From positions 9,776 to 73,775 of the forward strand of contig CAVKTI010000004.1 of assembly GCA_963659365.1 (NCBI GenBank): a DNA stretch of 64,000 bases, read 5' to 3'. The notes beneath the pieces are model-generated. The model made no database searches, was not told the origin of the DNA, and worked only from the letters and a program-made list of their open reading frames with translations. Shown piece after piece: positions 35,614 through 45,064 of this stretch. Source of the stretch: Acutalibacteraceae bacterium. Lineage in GTDB: Bacteria; Bacteroidota; Bacteroidia; Bacteroidales; Paludibacteraceae. Numbering within the stretch: the stretch's first letter is position 1; each line of letters starts with the position of its first letter. The position numbers and the translations under genes were made by a program.

Positions 35614-37002
35614 TTACAAATAGCCCAAAATTTTGAGCATCGATTTGTAACTCTGCTCTTTGGCGAAGAGTTTGGTGGTGTAGTCGCCGTTTTCGTCGCG
35701 GTCGATGACGACCAGTTTCGGGGCAGGAATGAGGCAGTGTTGTATGCCGCCGTAGCCGCTCAAAGCCTCTTGATAGGCACCCATGTGGAAAAATCCGACG
35801 AACTGCTCGCCTTCCCACTCGTTTTTGGGCAGGAACACGGCGTTGGAGTGCGCCTCGGCGTTGTAGTAGTCCTCGCTGTCGCAGGTGAGTCCGCCCAGAT
35901 GCACGCGCTCGTACTCTTTGTCCCAATTATTCACAGCAAGCAGCACAAATCGCTGGTTCAACGCCCAAGTGTCGGGCAGCGTGGTGATGAACGAACTGTC
36001 AATCATGTTCCACAATTCGCGGTCGTTTTGCTGTTTTTGGTTTACTATGGAGTAGAGCATGGCACCGCTTTCGCCCACGGTGTAGGAGCCAAATTCGGTG
36101 AAAATGTTCGGTTCGGCGGTGTTGTAGTTGTTGCAGGTTTTCTTTATCTGCGACACAATCTCTTCGGCCATATATTCGTAGTCGTATTCGAAATCGAGGT
36201 GCGCTTGTATGGGAAATCCGCCGCCAATGTTGAGCGAATCGAGTTCGGGGCAGATTTTTTTCAGTTCGCAATAGAGGTTCACGGCTTTGTTCAACTCGTT
36301 CCAATAGTAGGCTGTGTCGCGTATGCCCGTGTTGATGAAAAAGTGCAACATCTTCAGTTTCACATTCGGATTGTGCTGAATGTGGTGTTTGTAATAGGGT
36401 ATGATGTCGTTATAGCGAATGCCGAGGCGCGATGTGTAGAAGTCGAATTTCGGCTCTTCTTCGGCGGCAATGCGTATGCCTACATTCATTTCGAGGTCGT
36501 CGTCGAACAAATCGAGTTCAAATTTGTTGTCGAGTATCGGAATTACATTTGTGAATCCGCTGCGAATCAAATTTTGTATATTTTCGACATATTGGGCGCG
36601 TTTGAATCCGTTACACAAGATGTATGTGTCCTGTTTAAGTAAGCCCGATTTGTATAATTCTTCCAAAATGTTGATGTCGAATGCCGACGAAGTTTCGATA
36701 TTTACGCGATTTTTAAGCACTTCTTCCATCACAAACGAGAAGTGCGAACTTTTGGTACAGTAGCAGTATTGGTAGTCGGCGGCGTAATCGACTTTGGCCA
36801 TTGCCACATTGAACATACGGCGGGCGCGCTGTATGTTTTGACTGATTTTCGGCAGATAACTGAGGCGCAACGGCGTGCCGTACTGCTTTATCAAATCCAT
36901 CAGCGGAATGCCAAACCAATGCAGTTCGCCATCTTCGATAGTAAACTCTTCGCTCGACAGGTCGAAAGCCTGCTCAATCAGGTCGATGTACTTGTTTTTC
37001 AT
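35614..37002 (-). CDS. Type III PLP-dependent decarboxylase (short arginine-decarboxylase-like)
   Basis: 462 aa with an alanine racemase/Orn-Arg-DAP decarboxylase-fold pattern. The candidate PLP Lys is in YCYCTKSS, and a GGGFPI motif is present. Substrate is inferred only. Confidence 0.75.
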   Translation of the reverse strand: MKNKYIDLIEQAFDLSSEEFTIEDGELHWFGIPLMDLIKQYGTPLRLSYLPKISQNIQRARRMFNVAMAKVDYAADYQYCYCTKSSHFSFVMEEVLKNRVNIETSSAFDINILEELYKSGLLKQDTYILCNGFKRAQYVENIQNLIRSGFTNVIPILDNKFELDLFDDDLEMNVGIRIAAEEEPKFDFYTSRLGIRYNDIIPYYKHHIQHNPNVKLKMLHFFINTGIRDTAYYWNELNKAVNLYCELKKICPELDSLNIGGGFPIQAHLDFEYDYEYMAEEIVSQIKKTCNNYNTAEPNIFTEFGSYTVGESGAMLYSIVNQKQQNDRELWNMIDSSFITTLPDTWALNQRFVLLAVNNWDKEYERVHLGGLTCDSEDYYNAEAHSNAVFLPKNEWEGEQFVGFFHMGAYQEALSGYGGIQHCLIPAPKLVVIDRDENGDYTTKLFAKEQSYKSMLKILGYL

Positions 37003-37024
37003 TGTTTTCTACTTTCAACTAATT

Positions 37025-37032
37025 CAAAATTA
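37025..37032 (-). promoter_or_regulatory. Candidate -7 box (TAATTTTG)
   Basis: caaaatta on the + strand, 23 nt upstream of the ATG at 37002. Confidence 0.45.
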
Positions 37033-37329
37033 CCCCAAGGGGACTTCTATAAATTCCCCGTTTTATAAAAAGTTTAACAAATAGTGGATTCCGAAACACT
37101 TTTGTGTGCTTTTTGTTTTTGGACTGCATCTCTTTGACTTTCACTCAATTACAATGCCACCGCATTGCGCTCTCGTTCAAGCCAAATATCTGCTATCCCA
37201 AAATTCAAAAATCACTACAAAGCAATTTATAGAAATCCCCTTAAAAATCACAATCCAGCTCACTCGGATTGTCATTAAAAACCAAATCCAACTGAATCGG
37301 ACTGCAAAGATAGCATTTTTTTTGCAAGA

Positions 37330-37520
37330 AAAGAATGCGCGTAAAAAGTATAAAGTTGAAAGTGGGGGCACACCGAGGCCTCTTTTTTTTGTGGATTTGC
37401 AGATTTTCCCAAATAACCACCCACAAATCAACAAAAACTGAAAAACATAGAAACAGCGCGAAGCGCGAGAAACATAGAAACAAAAATTGCAACAGCAATT
37501 TTGAGAAATATAGGAAATCG
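37330..37520. repeat. Partial/degenerate composite repeat cluster
   Basis: Contains gtaaaaagtataaagttgaaagtgggggcacaccgaggcc (a degenerate GGACGCAC hairpin module), gtggatttgcagatttt, aaacatagaaacagcgcgaagcgcgagaaacatagaaac and AAAATTGCaacaGCAATTTT. Confidence 0.7.
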
Positions 37521-37790
37521 CTCGCTTGCAAAAATTGAGCATTTTGCCGTTTGTCGATGTGTTACTTTTCTTCCTGATATTCAGGCGATTGAGGTTGTTG
37601 TGTGTGGATTTCGGCAAAAAAGTTGCGTTATTACAAAAGAAATGCCTACATTTGTCGATTGAATGTTTGCTGGCGTTGGCTGCTGGCTGTGGCGCATGCG
37701 CGGTTTGCTAAGTTTTTGGTGTGCAAACAGTTGTCGTGCGTGTGGCGGTGTGCGGTCGTTTTCGGCCCAGACAAAAATAGAGCAAAAAAT

Positions 37791-38792
37791 ATGAAAGATG
37801 AGAGTCATTTGAGGGTCGCGGTGATAGGCGGCGGCAGTTGGGCGACGGGTATAGCAAAAATTGTACTCGACTCGCAGCCCGAAATCGTCTGGTACATGCG
37901 CCGTCAAGACCAAATAGACGAGTTTGTGCGCACAAGCCGCAATCCGTCGTACCTATCGAGCGTGAAATTCGACATCAACCGCATACATTTCACCTCGAAA
38001 ATAAACCAAGCGGTGCGCACAGCCGATGTGCTGATTTTTGCTACGCCGTCGCCATTTTTGAAACAACACCTTAAAAAACTGCGGCTGCGGCTCGACAGTA
38101 AAATAGTGGTGTCGGCCATCAAGGGCATCGTTCCCGACGAAAACATGGTCGTTTCGGAGTATTTCCACCAGATGTATGGGCTTCCTTTTGCGCAGATAGC
38201 CGTGTTGAGCGGGCCGTGCCACGCCGAAGAGGTGGCGTTGGAGCGCACTTCGTACCTCACCATCGCTTGTGCCGACCGCGACCGTGCGCGGCAACTTTCG
38301 CCGTTGTTCACCAACCGCTATGTGCAGACCTACATCAGCGACGACACTTGCGGCATTGAGTATGCATCGGTGATGAAAAACATCTACGCTATCGCTGTTG
38401 GTGTGTGCCACGGGCTGAAATATGGCGACAATTTTCAGGCGGTGCTGGTATCGAACGCCATTCAAGAGATGAACCGCTTTTGCAACGCCGTGCATCCGTT
38501 CCACCGCAATCTGCAAGAGTCGGTCTATCTGGGCGACCTGCTCGTAACGGCCTACTCCAAATTCAGCCGCAACCGCACTTTCGGCACCATGATAGGCAAA
38601 GGTTACAGCGTGAAAACCGCTCAAGTGGAGATGGAGATGATAGCCGAAGGCTACTACGGCACCAAGTGCATACACGAGATAAACGAAAAATACCAAGTGA
38701 ACATGCCGATTCTCGATGCCGTGTACGCCATTCTCTACCAACGCCGCCTGCCCGCAAGCGTCATGCGCGAACTGACGAAGAAGTTGCAATAA
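37791..38792 (+). CDS. gpsA: NAD(P)H-dependent glycerol-3-phosphate dehydrogenase
   Basis: 333 aa counted from MKDESHLRVAVIGGGSWATGIA (Rossmann motif). The 63-codon upstream extension in the ORF track has no homology-like features. Confidence 0.9.
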   Translation: MKDESHLRVAVIGGGSWATGIAKIVLDSQPEIVWYMRRQDQIDEFVRTSRNPSYLSSVKFDINRIHFTSKINQAVRTADVLIFATPSPFLKQHLKKLRLRLDSKIVVSAIKGIVPDENMVVSEYFHQMYGLPFAQIAVLSGPCHAEEVALERTSYLTIACADRDRARQLSPLFTNRYVQTYISDDTCGIEYASVMKNIYAIAVGVCHGLKYGDNFQAVLVSNAIQEMNRFCNAVHPFHRNLQESVYLGDLLVTAYSKFSRNRTFGTMIGKGYSVKTAQVEMEMIAEGYYGTKCIHEINEKYQVNMPILDAVYAILYQRRLPASVMRELTKKLQ

Positions 38793-39080
38793 TTAGTAGC
38801 AAGTAGCAAGAAGCAAGAAGCAAGAAGCAAGAAAGATTTTAAGAACATAGAAAATAGAGCATAGACAAAATTAGTGTGAAAGTATAAAAGTGCGAATGTA
38901 GGGACGCACCGAGTGCGTCCGAGAATAATGAATAATACTCGCGGCCTTTCGGCTACCGACAACCAGAAATTAGAAATTAGAAATTTTTGCCTCACAGACC
39001 TTCACCAATGCGTTAAACTAATCAACTGATCAACCAATCAACTCATCAACCTAATTTGAAATCTGAAATTCCACAAAAAT
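38793..39080. repeat. Composite intergenic repeat cluster
   Basis: Contains (TAGCAAG)2(AAGCAAG)4 at 38795-38833, attttaagaacatagaaaatagagcatagac, gtataaaagtgcgaatgtaGGGACGCACcgaGTGCGTCC, aataatgaataat, (AGAAATT)3, reverse (GTTGATGA)-type arrays and aatttgaaatctgaaatt. Confidence 0.9.
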
Positions 39081-40418
39081 ATGAAAGACATTAAACTGAA
39101 CATCGAAAAGGCGTATGGCTTTGTTTCGGCCGACGCTGTGAAATCGTATGCGGGCAAGGCCGCCGACTGCTTATGTATGTTGCACGAAGGCACAGGCAAA
39201 GGCAACGATTTTCTTGGTTGGCTACGGCTGCCGAGCGACATCGTGGCTGAACTCGATGCCATAGAAGCCGCCGCAAAAACGCTGCGCGAACGCTGCGAAG
39301 TGGTGGTAGTTGTCGGTATTGGCGGCAGTTATCTGGGCGCAAAAGCCGTTATCGAGGCACTGTCAAACTCGTTTGAGTGGCTCAAATGCAAACACGATGC
39401 GCCAGTGATTGTCTATGCTGGGCAAAACATCGGCGAAGATTATCTCTACGAATTGCAGGAGATGCTGAAAAACAAGCGGTTTGGTATCATCTCGATTTCG
39501 AAATCGGGTACAACCACCGAGCCTGCGCTGGCTTTCCGTATGCTGAAAACGCAACTCGAGGCGCAGCAAGGCAAAGCCGCTGCCAAAGAGGCGATTGTCT
39601 GTATCACCGACAAATCGCGCGGTGCTCTGCGCACTTTGGCCACGCAAGAGGGCTACAAAACTTTTGTCATTGCCGACAATGTGGGCGGTCGTTTTTCGGT
39701 GCTGTCGCCTGTGGGGCTGCTGCCCATTGCTGCGGCTGGTTTCGATGTGCGCCAACTGGTGGCGGGTGCCATGCGTATGCAGGAGGTTTGCGCATCGGAA
39801 AAATTCGACGAAAATCCTGCTGCACAATATGCCGCCGTGCGCAACGAACTCTATCGGTCGGGCAAAAAAATCGAAATTCTCGTCAATTTCCACCCGAAAT
39901 TGCACTATGTGTCGGAGTGGTGGAAGCAACTCTACGGCGAGAGCGAAGGCAAGGAACACAAAGGCATTTTCCCCGCTTCGGTCGATTTCACTACCGACCT
40001 GCACTCGATGGGGCAGTGGATTCAGGACGGCGAGCGCACCATATTCGAAACGGTGATTTCGGTGGTCGAAATGAACCACGAAGTACGCGTGCCGCACGAC
40101 GATGCCAACCTCGACGGTCTCAATTTCTTGGCTGGTAAGCGCGTGGACGAGGTGAACAAGATGGCCGAACTCGGCACTATGCTGGCGCATGTCGATGGCG
40201 GTGTGCCAAATCTGAAAATAGAACTGCCTGCGCTGAACGAATACTATCTGGGCGAACTGCTCTATTTCTTCGAAAAAGCCTGTGGCATAAGCGGTTACAT
40301 ACTTGGTGTGAATCCGTTTGACCAACCGGGCGTGGAGGCGTACAAGAAAAATATGTTCGCCCTGCTCGACAAACCTGGCTACGAAGAAGCCTCGAAAGCC
40401 ATCAAAGCAAAACTCTGA
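39081..40418 (+). CDS. pgi: Glucose-6-phosphate isomerase
   Basis: 445 aa with the motifs GIGGSYLG and [10 protein letters not shown]. Confidence 0.9.
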   Translation: MKDIKLNIEKAYGFVSADAVKSYAGKAADCLCMLHEGTGKGNDFLGWLRLPSDIVAELDAIEAAAKTLRERCEVVVVVGIGGSYLGAKAVIEALSNSFEWLKCKHDAPVIVYAGQNIGEDYLYELQEMLKNKRFGIISISKSGTTTEPALAFRMLKTQLEAQQGKAAAKEAIVCITDKSRGALRTLATQEGYKTFVIADNVGGRFSVLSPVGLLPIAAAGFDVRQLVAGAMRMQEVCASEKFDENPAAQYAAVRNELYRSGKKIEILVNFHPKLHYVSEWWKQLYGESEGKEHKGIFPASVDFTTDLHSMGQWIQDGERTIFETVISVVEMNHEVRVPHDDANLDGLNFLAGKRVDEVNKMAELGTMLAHVDGGVPNLKIELPALNEYYLGELLYFFEKACGISGYILGVNPFDQPGVEAYKKNMFALLDKPGYEEASKAIKAKL

Positions 40419-40707
40419 AAATAGTTAGAAGTGAGTAGTTAGTAGTGAGAAGTGATGCGGCGAAGCCGCAATTTCAAAATTTCAAATTTCAAATTTCAAA
40501 TTTCAAATTTCAAATTGTCGGATTAGCCCAATAAACATAGAATTTTTGCGACAAGCGAGCGCAGAGTCAAACTTGTTTGGGCTATGCCGAGCGGAGCAAA
40601 AATCTTCGTAGAAAAACTTAGGAACAAAAATTGCGTCAGCAATTTTGAGAAACAACTAGAATTCACTTTTACACTTTCTCACTTTCACACTTTTTCACAC
40701 TGATTAA
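40419..40707. repeat. Composite intergenic repeat cluster
   Basis: Contains (TAGTTAG/AAGTGAG)n, hairpin GCGGCgaaGCCGC, about six copies of ATTTCAA at 40471-40516, attgtcggattagccc, AAAATTGCgtcaGCAATTTT and (TTTCACAC)-type arrays. Confidence 0.9.
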
Positions 40708-41460
40708 ATGAAAATTGCCATTGTAACAGCGCAGTACGAGGAGATTGAGCGACTCGTCGAACCACTTGAACACAAGGAGGTGGTGGAGGCGTGTGGGCGT
40801 GTGTTCTACACTTTCGACTATGCCGACCACGAGGTGGTGGCGGTTTTTTCGCACTGGGGCAAGGTGGCGGCGGCCGTTACTATGTCGCTTTTGCTGGAGC
40901 GATTTAAGCCCGATTTTGTGGTGTCGATAGGGTTGGGGAGCGCAGTCGTTCCCGAACTGAATATCGGCGATATTGTGGTGGCACAGCGGCTTTTTCAGCA
41001 CGATATGGATATGCGACCGCTCTTCCGCCGTTACGAAATTCCGCTGTCGGGCGCAACCTCGTATGCCACGCAAGAACACGACCAGCGGTTGGCGGCAAAC
41101 GCCGTGCATAACCTGTTGAAACAGTCGAAAGACCTGCGCTGGCAACTGCTTGGCTACGGCATTGCAGTGCCAAAATTGCACCTTGGCGACATCGCTTGTG
41201 GCGACCTGCTGATAACGGGTGCGGCGCGCAAAGCCGCCATCAATCGCAATTTGCCATCGGTGCTGTGTGCCGATATGGAGAGCGGCGCAATGGCGCAGGT
41301 GTGCGTCGATTTTGCCGTGCCGTTTGTCTTTGTGCGCGTCGTTTCCGATGTTGCCAACGAGACTGCCAACGATGCGCAAGCCGAACGCTTCAAAACCGAT
41401 TTTTCGGCCAAATACAGTGTGGCCATTTTGCAGTCGATATTGTCGCTGCTCGCCACATAA
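40708..41460 (+). CDS. mtnN: 5'-methylthioadenosine/S-adenosylhomocysteine nucleosidase
   Basis: 250 aa with a PNP_UDP_1 fold pattern. The motifs are GKVAAAVT and CADMESGAMAQVC. Confidence 0.85.
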   Translation: MKIAIVTAQYEEIERLVEPLEHKEVVEACGRVFYTFDYADHEVVAVFSHWGKVAAAVTMSLLLERFKPDFVVSIGLGSAVVPELNIGDIVVAQRLFQHDMDMRPLFRRYEIPLSGATSYATQEHDQRLAANAVHNLLKQSKDLRWQLLGYGIAVPKLHLGDIACGDLLITGAARKAAINRNLPSVLCADMESGAMAQVCVDFAVPFVFVRVVSDVANETANDAQAERFKTDFSAKYSVAILQSILSLLAT

Positions 41461-41523
41461 GTATTTTTTACAAAGCGGGAAATTTATAGAACTTAACCAA
41501 ATATCTAACCTAAAAAACACATT

Positions 41524-43719
41524 ATGGAAATTAAAATGTTGATTTATGCCGTTTTGGCGGCATCGGTGTTGGCATTGGCGATGGCCTATCTGTTCTATCG
41601 CCAAATGCTGAAAAAAGACGAAGGCACCGATTTGATGAAAAAAATTGCGGCGCATGTGCGCCAAGGTGCCATGGCGTACCTCAAGCAGCAGTACAAAGTG
41701 GTGGCGATTGTGTTCGTTATTTTGGCAGTGCTGTTTGGCGTGATGGCACTGTGCGGTCTGCAAAATGGCTGGGTGTGGTTCGCCTTCCTTACGGGCGGTT
41801 TATTCTCGGGTTTGGCAGGATTCTTCGGTATGAAGACCGCCACTTACGCTTCGGCACGCACCGCCAACGCTGCTCGGCAGTCGCTCAATAGCGGCTTGCA
41901 AGTGGCTTTCCGCTCGGGCGCGGTGATGGGCTTGGTGGTTGTGGGCTTGGCACTGCTCGACATCTCGGTGTGGTTCTTGGTGCTCGACCATTTCATTCCA
42001 GCCGAAAATCACCTCATTATAATCACCACCACTATGCTGACCTTTGGCATGGGCGCATCGACGCAGGCGTTGTTTGCGCGCGTGGGCGGTGGCATCTACA
42101 CCAAAGCCGCCGATGTCGGTGCCGATTTGGTGGGCAAAACCGAATACAACATTCCCGAAGACGATCCGCGCAATCCCGCTACCATTGCCGACAATGTAGG
42201 CGACAATGTGGGCGATGTGGCTGGCATGGGTGCCGACCTGTACGAATCGTATGCGGGCTCCATTTTGGCAACGATGGCACTCGGTGCATCGGCGTTTGCC
42301 ACCTCGGCCGTCGAAGGAATGCAGTTGAAAGCCGTGCTTGCGCCGTCGCTCATTGCAGCGGTGGGCGTGCTGCTGTCGCTCATCGGCATCTTCATGGTGA
42401 AAACCAAAGAGGGCGCAGGCATGAAACAACTTTTGTCGGCATTGAGTCGCGGCACAAACACCGCCGCCGTGTTGATTGCAGTCGCCACATTTGGCATTTT
42501 TGCTTGGCTTTTCGGCACAGAAACTGCCCAATGGTGGCAGGTGTCGCTGTCGGTTGTGGTGGGACTGTTGGCGGGCGTCATCATCGGCAAATCGACCGAA
42601 TACTACACCTCGCAGACCTACAAACCTACGCAAAAGGTGTCGGAAAGTTCGCAAACAGGCCCTGCCACGGTCATCATTTCGGGACTTGGACTCGGTATGC
42701 TTTCGACAGCGATTCCCGTTATCACAGTGGGCATAGCCATCGTTTTGGCCTATCTTTGCGCCAACGGATTTACGCTCGAATTTACTTCGCAGAGCCTCTC
42801 GCTCGGCCTGTACGGCATTGGCATTGCAGCGGTTGGTATGCTTTCGACGCTTGGCATTACGCTGGCCACCGACGCTTACGGCCCGATAGCCGACAACGCT
42901 GGCGGTAACGCCGAAATGAGCGGTCTTGACCCCGAAGTGCGCCAACGCACCGATGCGCTCGATGCGCTCGGCAACACCACGGCTGCCACAGGCAAAGGTT
43001 TTGCCATTGGTTCGGCCGCGCTCACGGCTTTGGCACTGCTCGCATCGTATGTCGAAGAGATAAAAATTGCGCTGGTGCGACTTGGCGAGGCTTTGCCAAA
43101 TGGTATGGCTGCCGCCGAAGCATCGCTCATCGACTTTATGGAGGCCTACAATGTGCATTTGATGAACCCCATCGTGCTGGTGGGCATATTCATCGGTGCT
43201 ATGATGGCGTTCCTATTCTGCGGTTTGACGATGAACGCCGTTGGTCGCGCTGCCCAAAAGATGGTCGAAGAGGTGCGCCGCCAATTCCACGAAATTGCTG
43301 GCATTCTCGAAGGTAAAGCCGATCCCGACTATGCGCGTTGCGTTGCCATTTCGACCAAAGGTGCGCAGCACGAGATGTTGTTGCCGTCGCTCTTGGCGAT
43401 AATTGTGCCAGTGGTTACTGGTTTGGTTTTGGGCGTGGCTGGCGTTCTCGGCTTGCTGATTGGCGGTTTGAGTTGCGGCTTTGTGTTGGCTGTGTTCATG
43501 GCCAATGCTGGCGGCGCGTGGGACAATGCCAAAAAGCATGTCGAAGAGGGCAACTACGGCGGCAAAGGCAGCGAATGCCACAAAGCCACCGTCGTTGGCG
43601 ACACCGTTGGCGACCCATTCAAAGACACGGCTGGTCCATCGCTCAACATTCTCATCAAACTGATGTCGATGGTAAGCATCGTCATGGCTGGCCTCACCGT
43701 AACTTGGCACCTGCTCTAA
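41524..43719 (+). CDS. hppA: Membrane-bound ion-translocating pyrophosphatase
   Basis: 731 aa with about 16 TM segments. The motifs are [36 protein letters not shown] and [11 protein letters not shown]. Confidence 0.92.
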   Translation: MEIKMLIYAVLAASVLALAMAYLFYRQMLKKDEGTDLMKKIAAHVRQGAMAYLKQQYKVVAIVFVILAVLFGVMALCGLQNGWVWFAFLTGGLFSGLAGFFGMKTATYASARTANAARQSLNSGLQVAFRSGAVMGLVVVGLALLDISVWFLVLDHFIPAENHLIIITTTMLTFGMGASTQALFARVGGGIYTKAADVGADLVGKTEYNIPEDDPRNPATIADNVGDNVGDVAGMGADLYESYAGSILATMALGASAFATSAVEGMQLKAVLAPSLIAAVGVLLSLIGIFMVKTKEGAGMKQLLSALSRGTNTAAVLIAVATFGIFAWLFGTETAQWWQVSLSVVVGLLAGVIIGKSTEYYTSQTYKPTQKVSESSQTGPATVIISGLGLGMLSTAIPVITVGIAIVLAYLCANGFTLEFTSQSLSLGLYGIGIAAVGMLSTLGITLATDAYGPIADNAGGNAEMSGLDPEVRQRTDALDALGNTTAATGKGFAIGSAALTALALLASYVEEIKIALVRLGEALPNGMAAAEASLIDFMEAYNVHLMNPIVLVGIFIGAMMAFLFCGLTMNAVGRAAQKMVEEVRRQFHEIAGILEGKADPDYARCVAISTKGAQHEMLLPSLLAIIVPVVTGLVLGVAGVLGLLIGGLSCGFVLAVFMANAGGAWDNAKKHVEEGNYGGKGSECHKATVVGDTVGDPFKDTAGPSLNILIKLMSMVSIVMAGLTVTWHLL

Positions 43720-43742
43720 TCTTTTCAGACCGATAACCAAAC

Positions 43743-43777
43743 AAGAATCCCCGAACTTTCAGGGATTCTTTTGTTGT
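43743..43777 (+). terminator. Rho-independent terminator of hppA
   Basis: AAGAATCCC-cgaactttca-GGGATTCTT followed by TTGTTGTG. Confidence 0.7.
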
Positions 43778-43852
43778 GCTATTTTGTGGCTTGAATTATT
43801 TTTGATTTATAGGTCATTTTTTTCGTGAAATTCTGTTTCCCTCACTTTTTTA

Positions 43853-43885
43853 GGGGGGGGCCTCGCGCGCGCGCATAATGCGCGT
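43853..43885. other. G8 homopolymer, alternating (CG)5 tract and 13-bp palindrome
   Basis: gggggggg (43853-43860), cgcgcgcgcgc (43864-43874), and GCGCAT-A-ATGCGC (43871-43883). It sits at the left edge of the AT-richer island. Confidence 0.8.
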
Positions 43886-43923
43886 TTTTTATATATTGTA
43901 CGCGCACGCGATCCGAGTTTTTC

Positions 43924-43931
43924 TAAATTTG
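43924..43931 (+). promoter_or_regulatory. Candidate -7 box (TAAATTTG)
   Basis: Matches TAnnTTTG and sits 70 nt upstream of the ATG at 44001. Confidence 0.35.
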
Positions 43932-44000
43932 TACTCGAACAAAAAAATTTTTCTCAAATCCTTAAAAACCTTGCGGTGTATAGGCAACCGATCATCGATT

Positions 44001-44195
44001 ATGGAAAGAAATAGTTTGAAACTGCGATTTGTGTTCGAGCGTGAAACAAAAAATCACCTTCGATTTTATGAACAGGTGTTGGATCGTTGGGGAGTACCGA
44101 CAATCGCCAACATCTATGTGAATAAACATGCCATAAGGACACTTGGCTATCGCGAAGGCGATGCGCTGGAAGTAACCATTGCTGCCGTCAAATAG
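44001..44195 (+). CDS. Small hypothetical protein (64 aa) homologous to the C-terminus of the 806-aa protein
   Basis: The sequence is MERNSLKLRFVFERETKNHLRFYE...IYVNKHAIRTLGY. By eye it is about 40% identical to residues encoded at 47297-47485. The start is taken at the internal ATG of ORF 43878. Confidence 0.6.
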   Translation: MERNSLKLRFVFERETKNHLRFYEQVLDRWGVPTIANIYVNKHAIRTLGYREGDALEVTIAAVK

Positions 44196-44263
44196 CATGG
44201 CAGCGAATTTGGTATAAACAAATTGAATTTATAATGAAAAATCAAAACAAAAATTTTACAATC

Positions 44264-44884
44264 ATGAAAAAAATTCTTATTTTAGCAGTCTGTGTAGTAG
44301 TGTGTTGTGGTTCGATTGTGGCTCAAAAACGCCCTTGCTACGCAATTGCCAAGGGCAAGGTGCCTGCGGCTGGTTCAACGCTATGCATCGTTGCATTAGA
44401 TGGGGATTCACTATTGTCGCCAGAACGCCCACCACAAACAATGGAATTGTGTGATTTTGTCGCTATGGTTGTTGGCGCATGCAAGTCTAAAGGTTATAAG
44501 ATAACGCGAGATATTACTCAAGCCAACTCTATAATCATCATTCAGCATGGAGTTGATAAAGATGCTGATGGGGAGTTTTTTAACTTTATACAGCTGTCGG
44601 CGTATACGAGTGGCGGAGGTGCCAATTTGGAAAATATGGCAGATTATGTGTTGTTTTGCGCTACATGGCGTGTCGAAGAACAATCTTCCATGTATATTCG
44701 ACCCTTCTATAGTGTTTTCGATAGATTGTTACTGGGTGCTGCTATAGAAAAAGGCTTTTTCTTTACCAAGCCCAAAAAAATGCAGTGGAATGCTGAAGGC
44801 ATGTTTATGGGAGTGAGCGACAAAACTATGAGGCGTCTAAGGAGGTATCAGAATAAGTTTGGTTTTCTGTGGTACTATAAATGA
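44264..44884 (+). CDS. Hypothetical secreted protein
   Basis: 206 aa counted from MKKILILAVCVVVCCGSIVAQ (signal peptide). An alternative ATG lies at 44234. No family recognised. The gene is AT-richer than the flanks. Confidence 0.6.
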   Translation: MKKILILAVCVVVCCGSIVAQKRPCYAIAKGKVPAAGSTLCIVALDGDSLLSPERPPQTMELCDFVAMVVGACKSKGYKITRDITQANSIIIIQHGVDKDADGEFFNFIQLSAYTSGGGANLENMADYVLFCATWRVEEQSSMYIRPFYSVFDRLLLGAAIEKGFFFTKPKKMQWNAEGMFMGVSDKTMRRLRRYQNKFGFLWYYK

Positions 44885-45064
44885 AATACAGTTGGTAAAA
44901 GAATCCGTTATGAAAAAAAAGTATCAGAAAAAATATCGCTCGTTCTGTTATGAATAGTGAAAAAGAGTAAAAACTCAAGACAACTTCGGAGGAATCTCTT
45001 TCGGAGTTGTCTTGAACTCTTTCCTCAAAAATTATTGATAACCATTTGAAAATCAGAGAGAATT

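Noticed and set aside
34267-36642. ORFs 34267-35091 (+) and 35737-36642 (+), opposite the DUF3078 and decarboxylase genes.
   Set aside because: They are antisense to genes with signal peptide or PLP-fold motifs, and their translated sequences are featureless.
40669-43740. Antisense and alternate-frame ORFs over mtnN and hppA: 40669-41763, 41800-43158, 41970-42908 and 43213-43740.
   Set aside because: They are shadows of the strongly supported mtnN and hppA frames and have no independent features.
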